52,067 bases of DNA from a virus (lineage: Duplodnaviria; Caudoviricetes): positions 1 to 52,067 of the IMG/VR virus record IMGVR_UViG_3300034691_000021. One strand, written 5' to 3'. The stretch's first letter is position 1. Each line of letters starts with the position of its first letter. The notes beneath the pieces are model-generated. The model made no database searches. It saw nothing but the letters and a program-made list of their open reading frames with translations, and was not told the origin of the DNA. Positions 1 to 8,606 of the stretch are shown one piece after another. The translations under genes were made by a program, and so were the position numbers.

Positions 1-1
1 C

Positions 2-241
2 AAAGATGAAGACGAAGAAAAGGTGGTTCTGGGCTTACAGATCAGCCTGAGTGAGCAGCAAGCCAACTCGCTCATGCGCTTTAACGAAACCTGCGAAGAC
101 GGCCAAGAGTACGACGTGCCTCGGCGAATCCTGAAATCCCTCACATATGTCGGCATGGTTCGTTGGTGTGGCGGCTCTCGATTTGCGATCACAGACGCCG
201 GCATCGCGGCCGTTGAAGAGCTCACGGAGCATGCCAAATGA
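2..241 (+). CDS. Hypothetical early protein, 5'-truncated by window edge (winged-helix-like C-terminus)
   Basis: Frame is open from position 2 (KDEDEEKVVLG...); ends with an ITDAGIAA motif; ATGA overlap with next ORF. Confidence 0.6.
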   Translation, partial: KDEDEEKVVLGLQISLSEQQANSLMRFNETCEDGQEYDVPRRILKSLTYVGMVRWCGGSRFAITDAGIAAVEELTEHAK

Positions 242-360
242 AACGCACAACCCCCTCACCCCGCAAGCCCCGCCCCGACGTCCACGACTGCGCCAAAGGT
301 CGGATGCATGACGCACCGAGGAAGGTCGTAACGACTATGCCCGGAGGCTACATCGCATGA
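238..360 (+). CDS. Small hypothetical protein, 40 aa (MKRTTPSPRKPRPDVHDCAKG...)
   Basis: Translated by hand; ATGA overlaps at both ends. Confidence 0.55.
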   Translation: MKRTTPSPRKPRPDVHDCAKGRMHDAPRKVVTTMPGGYIA

Positions 361-815
361 GCAAGCACATCAGCAAGATCAAATACGCTTACGAAATATT
401 CAAACCGAGCAGTCTCGACGGCCACTTTGGCGGCGGGTTCAACTCTCGCGTTCAGGGTATTGCACTGGCCGATGCAATCGACGGCGCATATAAGTCCGAG
501 CGTATGCAGGGCTGGTACAAGGCCGACGAAATGATCCGTGATGGCAAGATCTACTTCATTCATCCGTTCCCGCACGGCCAGTGCAAGTCCACCGGCTTCG
601 TATATGGCGGCACCTGGGCGTGCAATAGCTGCAACACCGACGGCTTCCAAAAGCCTTGGTGGGCAATCCGAGTGATGAAAGACGGCGGCGCATGGTGCGT
701 GGCCGGCGAAGGCTTCCAAGACCTTCAGTCCTCTGACAACTACGCCTACGGCGACACCCGCGAAGAAGCCCTTAAGGCTTACGCCGAACTGATGACCAAA
801 TCAGTCGCCGCCTAA
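357..815 (+). CDS. Hypothetical protein with CxxC motif
   Basis: ORF track; GGAGG upstream; coupled to previous ORF. Confidence 0.75.
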   Translation: MSKHISKIKYAYEIFKPSSLDGHFGGGFNSRVQGIALADAIDGAYKSERMQGWYKADEMIRDGKIYFIHPFPHGQCKSTGFVYGGTWACNSCNTDGFQKPWWAIRVMKDGGAWCVAGEGFQDLQSSDNYAYGDTREEALKAYAELMTKSVAA

Positions 816-838
816 TCCCCGCCACTCTGGAGGCGACC

Positions 839-1087
839 ATGTCAACCAGCTATGCAGACAGTGCGCAGGCCCGTGACTGGGACAGGCGCTACGACGCTTG
901 GGGCCGCGAGAAGAAGGCGAAGCCCGAAGAGTTCCACGACTACGAGGCCGAAGCACTCAAGCGCACCCAGATGCTCGCTGATCGAGCGGCACGGCTGCTG
1001 GAAGAACGCAAAAGCCTCCAGCGCCGCATCGGCCTCGCCATGGCGCAGATGGAAATGATCTGTCCGCCGGCAGGAGGCGAAGCATGA
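839..1087 (+). CDS. Hypothetical early protein
   Basis: GGAGG RBS; ATGA overlap with next ORF. Confidence 0.7.
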   Translation: MSTSYADSAQARDWDRRYDAWGREKKAKPEEFHDYEAEALKRTQMLADRAARLLEERKSLQRRIGLAMAQMEMICPPAGGEA

Positions 1088-1299
1088 ACACGAGCAATCA
1101 CGACCTCGCTACCGGCATGCTCGAAGGTTACGTCCAAAGCATGATTGATCCGCAGTGCAGCGCGGTCGCGGTTAAGGCATCAGCCAGTACCGCACTACTC
1201 ATCTTCCGCACGCTGAGCATCATCAGCGCCGAGGATGAAGCCTACTACACCGAGCGCTTGCGTCGAACCTTTGAGCATCGGCAAGGGAGAACAGCATGA
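1084..1299 (+). CDS. Hypothetical early protein
   Basis: AGGAGG RBS; coupled. Confidence 0.7.
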   Translation: MNTSNHDLATGMLEGYVQSMIDPQCSAVAVKASASTALLIFRTLSIISAEDEAYYTERLRRTFEHRQGRTA

Positions 1300-1430
1300 C
1301 CATCATCGTGAGAAACGCCAAAGCAATGACCGAAGCCCTGAATCGTCAGGGCTTTTTTCTGGTCGCTGATCTGCCTCAGCGCATCAAGGTTCAGACCCGG
1401 CGCGGCATGCTGGTTGTGAGGTTGCCGTGA
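1296..1430 (+). CDS. Small hypothetical protein, 44 aa (MTIIVRNAKAMTEALNRQGFFLVADLP...)
   Basis: Translated by hand; GGGAG RBS; ATGA/GTGA overlaps. Confidence 0.6.
   Translation: MTIIVRNAKAMTEALNRQGFFLVADLPQRIKVQTRRGMLVVRLP
1334..1358 (+). terminator. Intrinsic terminator lying inside the 1296-1430 ORF
   Basis: agccctga-atcg-tcagggct followed by a T tract. Confidence 0.55.
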
Positions 1431-1648
1431 TCGCCCAACAAGGTAATGGGTGGGCGATCTGTCACGACCAGGCCGGGATTCTTCTTTACACGGCCTGCGG
1501 AACTCGCTCAGTAGCTATCAAGCGATTTCTCGATATGTCTCATGGCAAGAACAACCACTCTTACGCCCACTGGCGCCGCGCTAAGCGTGAAGGCTGGCGC
1601 GCCTCTCATATCATCGTTGACGAGTTGATCTTTGGAGGTCAGCCATGA
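1427..1648 (+). CDS. Hypothetical early protein
   Basis: GTG start overlapping previous stop; GAGG RBS. Confidence 0.6.
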   Translation: MIAQQGNGWAICHDQAGILLYTACGTRSVAIKRFLDMSHGKNNHSYAHWRRAKREGWRASHIIVDELIFGGQP

Positions 1649-1779
1649 AATTCCAACTCGGAACCCGAATCTACACCTTCCAGGAGCTGATGAACCGAAT
1701 CGACATGGAGTTCTGGTCTGTCCATAAACACGGCCGCGAGCAGTACACCTTCGTTCCGGTTCAGTACAGGGGGAAATGA
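1645..1779 (+). CDS. Small hypothetical protein, 44 aa (MKFQLGTRIYTFQELMNRID...)
   Basis: Translated by hand; GGAGG RBS. Confidence 0.6.
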   Translation: MKFQLGTRIYTFQELMNRIDMEFWSVHKHGREQYTFVPVQYRGK

Positions 1780-1780
1780 G

Positions 1781-1900
1781 ATGAAACCACTCTTCTGGAT
1801 TCTCGCCTGCGGCCTGACGGTCGTCATGCTCCAGTACATGCTGTTCCAAGAGAACGGCTCTCCGAGGCAGATCAGCTTTCCTGTGGCGGTGGTGCGATGA
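1781..1900 (+). CDS. Small membrane protein, 39 aa (MKPLFWILACGLTVVMLQYMLF...)
   Basis: Translated by hand; single hydrophobic segment; coupled. Confidence 0.55.
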   Translation: MKPLFWILACGLTVVMLQYMLFQENGSPRQISFPVAVVR

Positions 1901-2283
1901 GCGAATTGTTCAGGTCTAGAAAGGATTTGGTCGTCAAGGTTTGGAATGCAGGCGATGACGACGAGCCCTTCATCTGCGCGGTGAATGGCGAGGCCACCAT
2001 CGATGCTCTGGCTGAGATCGAGGAAGAACTCAAGGGCGAGCATGAGTTCAGCAGCGGCCCCGGCGAATACGTTTACTGCGCCTGCTATGACCAAGGCGAA
2101 AGTGATGAATTCGGAAATGTTCTTTTCCGTCCGTATTGGGAGCTGACAGAAGTCTCTTTCGAAAAACCGGACTGGATGAGTATGTCGCATGAGCCCGACA
2201 AGCATGTGCCGCAGACCGGCGAGCCATGCACTGATTGCGGTTCGGCTTCCTGCTCATTCAAGCACAACTGCTTTCCATTCTGA
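1897..2283 (+). CDS. Acidic hypothetical protein with C-terminal Cys cluster
   Basis: ORF track; CTDCGSASC motif. Confidence 0.7.
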   Translation: MSELFRSRKDLVVKVWNAGDDDEPFICAVNGEATIDALAEIEEELKGEHEFSSGPGEYVYCACYDQGESDEFGNVLFRPYWELTEVSFEKPDWMSMSHEPDKHVPQTGEPCTDCGSASCSFKHNCFPF

Positions 2284-2292
2284 GGTGATGCC

Positions 2293-2409
2293 GTGACCAG
2301 CTATCAGCGCGCCAAGCGTATCTACATGCTCCGCGGCTCAGCCATCGTCCTCCTCGGCACTACCTTCGTAATGCTGGCCAGCGCCTACGTCGGTCAGCTC
2401 ACCCAATAA
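2293..2409 (+). CDS. Small membrane protein, 38 aa (MTSYQRAKRIYMLRGSAIVLLG...)
   Basis: GAGGTG RBS, GTG start; one TM segment. Confidence 0.55.
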   Translation: MTSYQRAKRIYMLRGSAIVLLGTTFVMLASAYVGQLTQ

Positions 2410-2449
2410 CTAGAACTCATACGCCGCCTGCATGGCGGAAGGAATCGTC

Positions 2450-3526
2450 ATGTCCACGCAAACTGAACTGGCCGTTGTTCCGCCGAAGGAAACAGCGCTG
2501 ACCGTATTCACCACAGAGAAGGGCCTCGAACCTTGGCTGCAAAAGATTCGCGCCGAGGTAGACGATTTCAACAAAGTCCTTCCAGAACTGACCACCCAGA
2601 AAGGCCGTGATCGCTACGCCTCGATGGCGCACAAGATCGCCAAGTCAAAGACTGCGCTGGAAGCCGTAGGCAAGGAGCTGTCCGCGCAACAGAAAGAGGT
2701 GCCAAAGCGCATCGACGCTGAACGTAAGCGCGTATGGGACACCCTGGAAGCTTGGCAGAAGGAAGTCCGCAAGCCGCTGGATGACTGGCAGGCAGCCGAA
2801 GACCGCCGGATTGACGCAATCAAGGCTGATATCGAGAAGATCAGTGATCACGCCATGCACACGGATGGCGTCACCGTTGCCGACCTTGAGGAACGCATTG
2901 CAAGGGTTGAAGCAGTTGTCATCGCAGACAAGTGGGCCGAGTTCCAAGTGGATGCAGCGTTGGCAAAAGAGAAAGCGCTGACAACCCTTTACACGGCCCT
3001 GACCAACCGCCAGCAGTACGAAGCCGAGCAGGCAGAGTTGGTGCGACTTCGTGAAGAAAAGGAAGCCCGCGAAAAGAAGGATAACGAGGACCGTATCGCT
3101 CGCGAAGCATCTGAACGCGCCACAAGGGAAGCCGAGGAAAAAGCTCGCGACGAGAAAGCCGCGGCAGAAAAGCGTGAAGCTGATCTGAAGCTGGCCGCTG
3201 CCGAGTCCGAGCGCAGGGCCGAGCAGGCAAAGCGTGAGCAGCTCGAAGCAGAACAAAAGGCCGAGGCTGACCGGCTGGGCGCCATCGAAAGCCAGAAGGC
3301 CGCAGTCGAGCAGGCCCGGCTGGATGAAATCGCGCGACAGCAGGCCGCAGCAGACGAGATCACCCGTCAGCAAAAAGAGCGCGAGGCCGACATGGCGCAT
3401 AAAGGCGTGGTAATGCGCGCAGCCAAAGAAGCCCTCATCAGTATGAATATCACCGAAGAACTGGCGAAAGCCATCGTCCTCAAGATTGCTCGGGGCGAAG
3501 TTCCAAACGTAACGATCAACTTCTGA
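2450..3526 (+). CDS. Long coiled-coil protein of the recombination module (DUF1351/TolA-like)
   Basis: E/A/R/K-rich heptads; position upstream of the recombinase ATPase. Confidence 0.75.
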   Translation: MSTQTELAVVPPKETALTVFTTEKGLEPWLQKIRAEVDDFNKVLPELTTQKGRDRYASMAHKIAKSKTALEAVGKELSAQQKEVPKRIDAERKRVWDTLEAWQKEVRKPLDDWQAAEDRRIDAIKADIEKISDHAMHTDGVTVADLEERIARVEAVVIADKWAEFQVDAALAKEKALTTLYTALTNRQQYEAEQAELVRLREEKEAREKKDNEDRIAREASERATREAEEKARDEKAAAEKREADLKLAAAESERRAEQAKREQLEAEQKAEADRLGAIESQKAAVEQARLDEIARQQAAADEITRQQKEREADMAHKGVVMRAAKEALISMNITEELAKAIVLKIARGEVPNVTINF

Positions 3527-3534
3527 GGTGCCGC

Positions 3535-3678
3535 ATGAACACGCCACGAATGGCCGCCCAGCTCGACTGGATGCAGGTCGGTGCGTTCTCGCCTGAGCGA
3601 TTCACTGGCGACCAACGCAAGGAATACGAAGACGAAGCCCGCCGCATACAGCGGCAGTGGGATAACCAACCAATCTGA
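3535..3678 (+). CDS. Small hypothetical protein, 47 aa (MNTPRMAAQLDWMQVGAFSPERF...)
   Basis: Translated by hand; GAGGTG RBS. Confidence 0.6.
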   Translation: MNTPRMAAQLDWMQVGAFSPERFTGDQRKEYEDEARRIQRQWDNQPI

Positions 3679-3689
3679 GGTAACTCGCA

Positions 3690-4556
3690 ATGTTCAAGAA
3701 AGCCGAACGCAAGCAGGCCAAGCTACGGCTGGCACTTGCTGGCCCATCAGGGTCTGGGAAAACCTACTCCGCACTGCTGCTCGCGACTGGCCTTGGCGGG
3801 CGAATCGCAGTCATCGATACCGAACATGGTAGTGCGTCCCTGTATGCCGATATCGCTGACTTTGACACGATGGAGTTGCACGCCCCTTATTCGCCAGAGC
3901 GATACATCGAAGCGATCGAAGCAGCTGAGCAGGCTGGATACGACACGCTGATCATCGACAGCTACTCGCATGAGTGGACAGGTTCAGGTGGCTGCCTTGA
4001 GTCAAACGAAGCTGTCGCCCACCAGAAATTCCGTGGCAACACTTGGGCGGCATGGAACGAAACCACCCCGCGCCATCGGAAACTGACAGACAAGATCCTG
4101 ACCAGCTCGCTGCACATCATATGCACCATGCGTAGCAAGACCGAAACCGTCCAGGGTGAGGGCAAAAAGATCCTCAAACTCGGAATGAAGTCCGAGCAGC
4201 GCGACGGGACTGATTATGAATTCACCGTAGTACTCGACCTGACTCATGACGGGCACACCGCGATGGCCAGCAAGGATCGGACGAAGCTGTTCGACCAGCC
4301 AGAGTTGATCAGCGAGGAAACTGGCAAGCGTCTACTGGCTTGGCTCAACTCCGGGGTCAGCCCAGAAGACCGGGCAAAAGAACTGCTAGTAGACGCGCTA
4401 GCTGACATCGCGGCAGCGGAGGACATGCCATCCCTGCACTCGGCGTTCAACGCCGCCAAGGTGATCGCGCTCGGCTTTGATGATCTGGTTCAACAGGTCG
4501 TTTTCGCCAAGGACAAACGCAAGGCTGAGTTGGACCCCGAGAGGAAGACAGCATGA
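3690..4556 (+). CDS. Sak4-like (AAA_24/RecA-fold) recombination ATPase
   Basis: Walker A GPSGSGKT, IDTE, Walker B LIIDS, YEF motif. Confidence 0.8.
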   Translation: MFKKAERKQAKLRLALAGPSGSGKTYSALLLATGLGGRIAVIDTEHGSASLYADIADFDTMELHAPYSPERYIEAIEAAEQAGYDTLIIDSYSHEWTGSGGCLESNEAVAHQKFRGNTWAAWNETTPRHRKLTDKILTSSLHIICTMRSKTETVQGEGKKILKLGMKSEQRDGTDYEFTVVLDLTHDGHTAMASKDRTKLFDQPELISEETGKRLLAWLNSGVSPEDRAKELLVDALADIAAAEDMPSLHSAFNAAKVIALGFDDLVQQVVFAKDKRKAELDPERKTA

Positions 4557-5263
4557 ACGCCTACATCAGCAACGATCTGAACATGGTCAAGGCACTCGAT
4601 CCTGACCGCCATGCACTGGCCCTGAAAATGGAGGCCTTCTTGAATAAGGGAGGGACTATTGAGGTCATCGGCATTGGTCGAAGCCTCTTCAGTCCGATCC
4701 CGTTCAATAGCGAGGTCTTCTCAGGATCGCCCAATGTCGCGCAACCCAAGCGCGATCTGTCGGTGAAGATCAAAAAGTCAGCCAAGGGAGAGGCCGAAGA
4801 GGCAGCGATTGCCGAGAAGCTGAAGGCCTACCACGACAGGGGTGTTGTGGCAGCGGCCAAGGATCTGCACATCAGCACTCGGCGCGCCAATCACATCGCA
4901 GCGCAGTACGGCGTCAAGTTCGCCTGCCGGGTATCGCTAGCGGCTCGCCAAGAGGATCTAGCACTGGTCCCGCAGATCCGCGCCCTGATTATTGAGGGCC
5001 TAACGCAGGACCAAATGTGCGCACGACTGCATATCGGTCGTACAACGCTGAAGCGCGTGGCTGGGCAGAACGGACTGAAGTTCCGCAGTCAGGCCGACCA
5101 TTCAAAAGACCTTGTGCTGGTCGAGCGCATCAAGGCCATCCGGGATATCGGCTGCACCCGAGCTGCCTGCGCCAGACAGCTCGATATCAACCCGAAGGTT
5201 CTGCTGCGACTGATCGCCGAGCATGAGATCGACTTTCCTGTCAGAACGCCGGGGGCCGCATGA
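4553..5263 (+). CDS. DNA-binding protein with three tandem HTH-like repeats
   Basis: Repeats AAKDLHISTRR / MCARLHIGRTT / CARQLDINPKV. Confidence 0.7.
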   Translation: MNAYISNDLNMVKALDPDRHALALKMEAFLNKGGTIEVIGIGRSLFSPIPFNSEVFSGSPNVAQPKRDLSVKIKKSAKGEAEEAAIAEKLKAYHDRGVVAAAKDLHISTRRANHIAAQYGVKFACRVSLAARQEDLALVPQIRALIIEGLTQDQMCARLHIGRTTLKRVAGQNGLKFRSQADHSKDLVLVERIKAIRDIGCTRAACARQLDINPKVLLRLIAEHEIDFPVRTPGAA

Positions 5264-5724
5264 GCAAGGTTCGCAAGCCTCACAGTCTCAAGAATCGCAT
5301 CGAACGGTCATGCCGGGCGCTGCTCAGTGCCAACCACGTCGCCGTGGTGAACATCGACCCCAGCGGCCGGCAGGGGATGATCAACTACAAGTCGTTCAAG
5401 AACATCGCGCCAGGAGAGATTGGTCAGGCTGTCTGCGGCATTCCTCACCGCTGGACCCTGTACCTGAGCGTCATGTGCCTGGATGCGCGCGGCGACCGCT
5501 ACACCAAATCGGTCGAAGTAGCGCCGGATGGCGTCTACCTGTCCGACCACCTCGCGGACGTAATCGAGCATTGCTACAAGGAACTGCGTGGCTCTGCCAA
5601 CCCGGCTCAGATGGTGGCTTCGGGCTGGATTGCCATACCGGAATCCGTATCGCTCGACGAGGCCCATGCGGCCCGAATATTCGAAGCGGTCGGCTGCTGG
5701 AATCAGCAGAAGGTCGCGGCATGA
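5260..5724 (+). CDS. Hypothetical early protein
   Basis: ORF track; coupled. Confidence 0.75.
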   Translation: MSKVRKPHSLKNRIERSCRALLSANHVAVVNIDPSGRQGMINYKSFKNIAPGEIGQAVCGIPHRWTLYLSVMCLDARGDRYTKSVEVAPDGVYLSDHLADVIEHCYKELRGSANPAQMVASGWIAIPESVSLDEAHAARIFEAVGCWNQQKVAA

Positions 5725-5805
5725 GGCGCATCAGCAATCAGGCGCGCGAACGCCGACGGCAAACATGGCTGGATCTGCCAGCCCACGGAATTGAAGAGGT
5801 GGATC

Positions 5806-6117
5806 ATGGCAGCGGAACAGAAAGCGCGCTCAGCCAAGACGGCACTCAAGCGCAAGGCTCGGGGCGAGGAAGAGATCAGGCTGCACTGCATGGCCGGCAC
5901 ACGCCAAGCACTCGCTGAATTGATGGCCTGGAACGGCATCGAGGAACAGGGCGAGGCCATCACGCTGATGATTCACCATCTTCATGCATTAGGGCCTCAA
6001 AAGTCCGCGCCACTGCTTACCGCCCCGCGACACGAAATAACCATCTCTGAATCGTTGCGCACAAAATTGCAGCTCGCCTACAACCGCGAAGCCCTGCGCA
6101 TCTGTCACGATGAATAA
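5806..6117 (+). CDS. Hypothetical protein, possible ribbon-helix-helix regulator
   Basis: GAGGTGG RBS before MAAEQK; basic N-terminus then strand-helix-helix pattern. Confidence 0.65.
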   Translation: MAAEQKARSAKTALKRKARGEEEIRLHCMAGTRQALAELMAWNGIEEQGEAITLMIHHLHALGPQKSAPLLTAPRHEITISESLRTKLQLAYNREALRICHDE

Positions 6118-6171
6118 CCCACTTTAACGAATCACGCCAGCCGGCGAGGCCATCTGGTGCGCGGAGGCTAA

Positions 6172-6402
6172 ATGAATGACTGGATCGCTTGTAGCGAAAA
6201 ACTGCCCGAGATCGATCTGGGCGCGCCGAAATACGCGCAGCGGGTTCGCGTCATAGCCGGCAATTCTCGATACGTCGGCGAGCTTGAATTCGGAACCAAC
6301 GCTTACGCAAAGAGGATTGACCCGCACTGGCAGGAAACGAGCGGGCGCGAGGCTGTATGGACACCAACCCACTGGATGCCGATGCCAAGCTGCCCAGTCT
6401 AA
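6172..6402 (+). CDS. DUF551-family protein
   Basis: WIACSEKLP...PTHWMPMP signature. Confidence 0.75.
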   Translation: MNDWIACSEKLPEIDLGAPKYAQRVRVIAGNSRYVGELEFGTNAYAKRIDPHWQETSGREAVWTPTHWMPMPSCPV

Positions 6403-6457
6403 CGAAACACCCTCGCACTACCCACCCCCAATCACCCTCACCCTTCCGGGAGGCCCT

Positions 6458-6601
6458 ATGTCATCCAAAGGAAAGCTCAAGGCTGGCTATTTGGAACTTG
6501 GATTCCGATGCGAGTACTGCGGGAATCCTCGGAGCCAGTGCCGAAACGACAAATGCTCCAAAGCCCGGCAGCGGGAACACGCACAGAGGAATGAGCCATG
6601 A
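6458..6601 (+). CDS. Small Cys-rich (Zn-binding) protein
   Basis: GGAGG RBS; CEYCG...C...C. Confidence 0.6.
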   Translation: MSSKGKLKAGYLELGFRCEYCGNPRSQCRNDKCSKARQREHAQRNEP

Positions 6602-7119
6602 CAGCCAAACTGTCGCCTGACTCGATCGGGCTGATTTTCACGATGAATGCAGCGGGGCATCCGGCAGATGAAATTGCCGATGCGGCGGGCTGCTCGTATC
6701 CGAACCTGCGTGCCGCCCGACTGGATGTCTGTCGTCTTGAGGCTCGCGAGCATGTAGTACGGAATGCAAACGATGAATTCCAATCCGAGCTGGCTTCGCT
6801 GCGGGAAGAGCTGGCCAAGCTCAAAGATGCCGCAAGGGTTGCAGGCGAAGTAGGCGCGCCGAACTTCCACGCAATGAAGCAGCGCCTTGCAGCCACCGAG
6901 CAGCGGAATGCGGCCCTCGAAAGCCTGATCCATCGCGCGCTGTTCTCGGAAGTAAATGACGGCTACGTTGACCGTTTTGCGGCAAGGGATGAATTGAAGG
7001 TTTTACTCAAGCCCACCGAATCGGGAGCAACCGAAAAGTGCTTGTCTGACGGCGGCACTTGCGGTCTCGGCGGCCAGTGCCATATGTGCCCGCACAAAGA
7101 ATCGGGAGCAAGCGAATGA
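6598..7119 (+). CDS. Mosaic hypothetical protein (HTH fragment + coiled coil + Cys-rich tail)
   Basis: EIADAAGCS HTH start; coiled coil; duplicated ESGA motif. Confidence 0.6.
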   Translation: MTAKLSPDSIGLIFTMNAAGHPADEIADAAGCSYPNLRAARLDVCRLEAREHVVRNANDEFQSELASLREELAKLKDAARVAGEVGAPNFHAMKQRLAATEQRNAALESLIHRALFSEVNDGYVDRFAARDELKVLLKPTESGATEKCLSDGGTCGLGGQCHMCPHKESGASE

Positions 7120-7169
7120 TCGCCCTCACCTGGTTCTACTGCGTGTACTGCCGCAAGGTGCCGAGATGA
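7116..7169 (+). CDS. 17-aa mini-ORF (MIALTWFYCVYCRKVPR)
   Basis: GGGAG RBS; ATGA overlap at both ends. Confidence 0.4.
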   Translation: MIALTWFYCVYCRKVPR

Positions 7170-7327
7170 CGCATCAACCGAAAGGCGGCATGTGTCGCAC
7201 CTGCGTCCACGCCCACCGCAATTGCAGCCACCTCCCCTTCAGCACCATGCCGGCGCTCGCCCGGGACGGCCAGACCGTTATCGTCCGATGCACTGACTTC
7301 CAGCGCCGCGCACAGCCTCAGTTGTAA
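7166..7327 (+). CDS. Small Cys-rich protein, 53 aa (MTHQPKGGMCRTC...VRCTDF)
   Basis: Translated by hand; AAGGTG RBS. Confidence 0.6.
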   Translation: MTHQPKGGMCRTCVHAHRNCSHLPFSTMPALARDGQTVIVRCTDFQRRAQPQL

Positions 7328-7378
7328 ACCCCTAATTGACAACTCAAGCCTGCCGGTGACTGCGGGCGAGGAATTCCT

Positions 7379-7873
7379 ATGCTCGATGCAAATATCCACC
7401 ACTCACTGAACGCACTCACTGCAAGCCAGCTGGCGAAGCTGCTCGTCATGCGCAAGGGGCTTGAGTTCGGCTACGCCTACACGTTCACCGATGATGATGG
7501 GCAGGACAGCAATATCGACAATGCTTTTCTGTCTGCTGCGCCGGGCGAACTACTCGACACCCTGTTCGACGAGAACGAGCATGACGACGCCATTAACGAG
7601 GTACGTTATGAGGCTGAAGACGTTCGCGGCATCCCTTCTTGGTGTCACTACAGCTGGGAGCGCAACTACGAGGTCGACGTGAAGGCCTTTATCTTGCCCG
7701 ATGGCCGAGCTCTTGCCTTTTGTGAGATGAGCGGCGGCGGAAAGCACGGGGAGCCAGACGCCTACCCTTGGGTTGACGAGGCCAAGTTCATCAAGGTCTC
7801 CGGCGTCGAAGAGCGCGTCATCAAGACTTACAAGTTTGAAGATATTCCAGAAGCCTCAGAGGTGACGGCATGA
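7379..7873 (+). CDS. Highly acidic hypothetical protein
   Basis: GAGGA RBS; D/E-rich. Confidence 0.75.
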   Translation: MLDANIHHSLNALTASQLAKLLVMRKGLEFGYAYTFTDDDGQDSNIDNAFLSAAPGELLDTLFDENEHDDAINEVRYEAEDVRGIPSWCHYSWERNYEVDVKAFILPDGRALAFCEMSGGGKHGEPDAYPWVDEAKFIKVSGVEERVIKTYKFEDIPEASEVTA

Positions 7874-7958
7874 TCTTCGCCCCTCTCTAGCACATCCTGC
7901 GCCACAACCAATTCTGACTACTCCCCTGCTTGCCGCCCCGCGCGGCCGGAGCATCCCT

Positions 7959-8153
7959 ATGTCTCGCATTGAAGAAAGAGAAGGCTGGAACCTGGCTGAT
8001 CAGTTGATCGAGGCCGGGCGCCAAGTAGATCAGCGATTCGGCGGCGTAGATCGCGTCATCGCCAACATTGAACAAACTGCCGCGCTCAGGCCAGAAGGCT
8101 ATCGGGCAGGCATCCAGAAACGCATCGAGGTGGAACGCCATGGCAACGTTTGA
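7959..8153 (+). CDS. Hypothetical early protein
   Basis: GGAG RBS. Confidence 0.65.
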   Translation: MSRIEEREGWNLADQLIEAGRQVDQRFGGVDRVIANIEQTAALRPEGYRAGIQKRIEVERHGNV

Positions 8154-8352
8154 TGTGCACGAACAGAACGCAGACGGTCGGCCGGGCAAGCTGCTCGACA
8201 CCATCGACCGCGTACCGGAAATCCATAAGTCGGGGACGTTTATCGAGTTCGATGGCGAACTTCAAAGAGTGTTCACCGGTATTCGCAATTTCATCATCGT
8301 CACCCAAGAGCGCTGGGCTCGGGTGTCGGCTGCAGCGTGGAGAAAGGTATGA
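8140..8352 (+). CDS. Hypothetical early protein (MATFDVHEQ...)
   Basis: GAGGTGG RBS. Confidence 0.6.
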   Translation: MATFDVHEQNADGRPGKLLDTIDRVPEIHKSGTFIEFDGELQRVFTGIRNFIIVTQERWARVSAAAWRKV

Positions 8353-8606
8353 AACACAAACTCTACTCCGGCTTGCAGGTTGGCAAAGTCACACTTATTC
8401 GAAGAGTTGAAGGCGAGAAAGGTCGCGGCCCGCGCTGGATCTGTCGCTGCGAATGCGGCGAAGAGATTGAGAAAAGCAGGGATACGCTTACAAATCCGGC
8501 TGTTGTCCAGCGCTGCAAAAGCTGTTTCGTGAAGTCGCAGCGAGCCTATTCGAACTTGCGAATTGCTACAGGCCTTCCTGCAAACCAATGGAGTGCGAAA
8601 CCATGA
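8349..8606 (+). CDS. Zn-ribbon protein (WxCxCxCG...CxxC, as in N-termini of phage HNH/AP2 proteins)
   Basis: WICRCECG and CKSC motifs. Confidence 0.65.
   Translation: MKHKLYSGLQVGKVTLIRRVEGEKGRGPRWICRCECGEEIEKSRDTLTNPAVVQRCKSCFVKSQRAYSNLRIATGLPANQWSAKP

Noticed and set aside
2645-3547. 300-aa hydrophobic - strand ORF
   Set aside because: Mirror of the E/K/A-rich coiled-coil gene
5223-5918. 231-aa overlapping + strand ORF
   Set aside because: Mostly an alternate frame of 5260-5724; only the 5721-5918 part might be a real short overlapping gene
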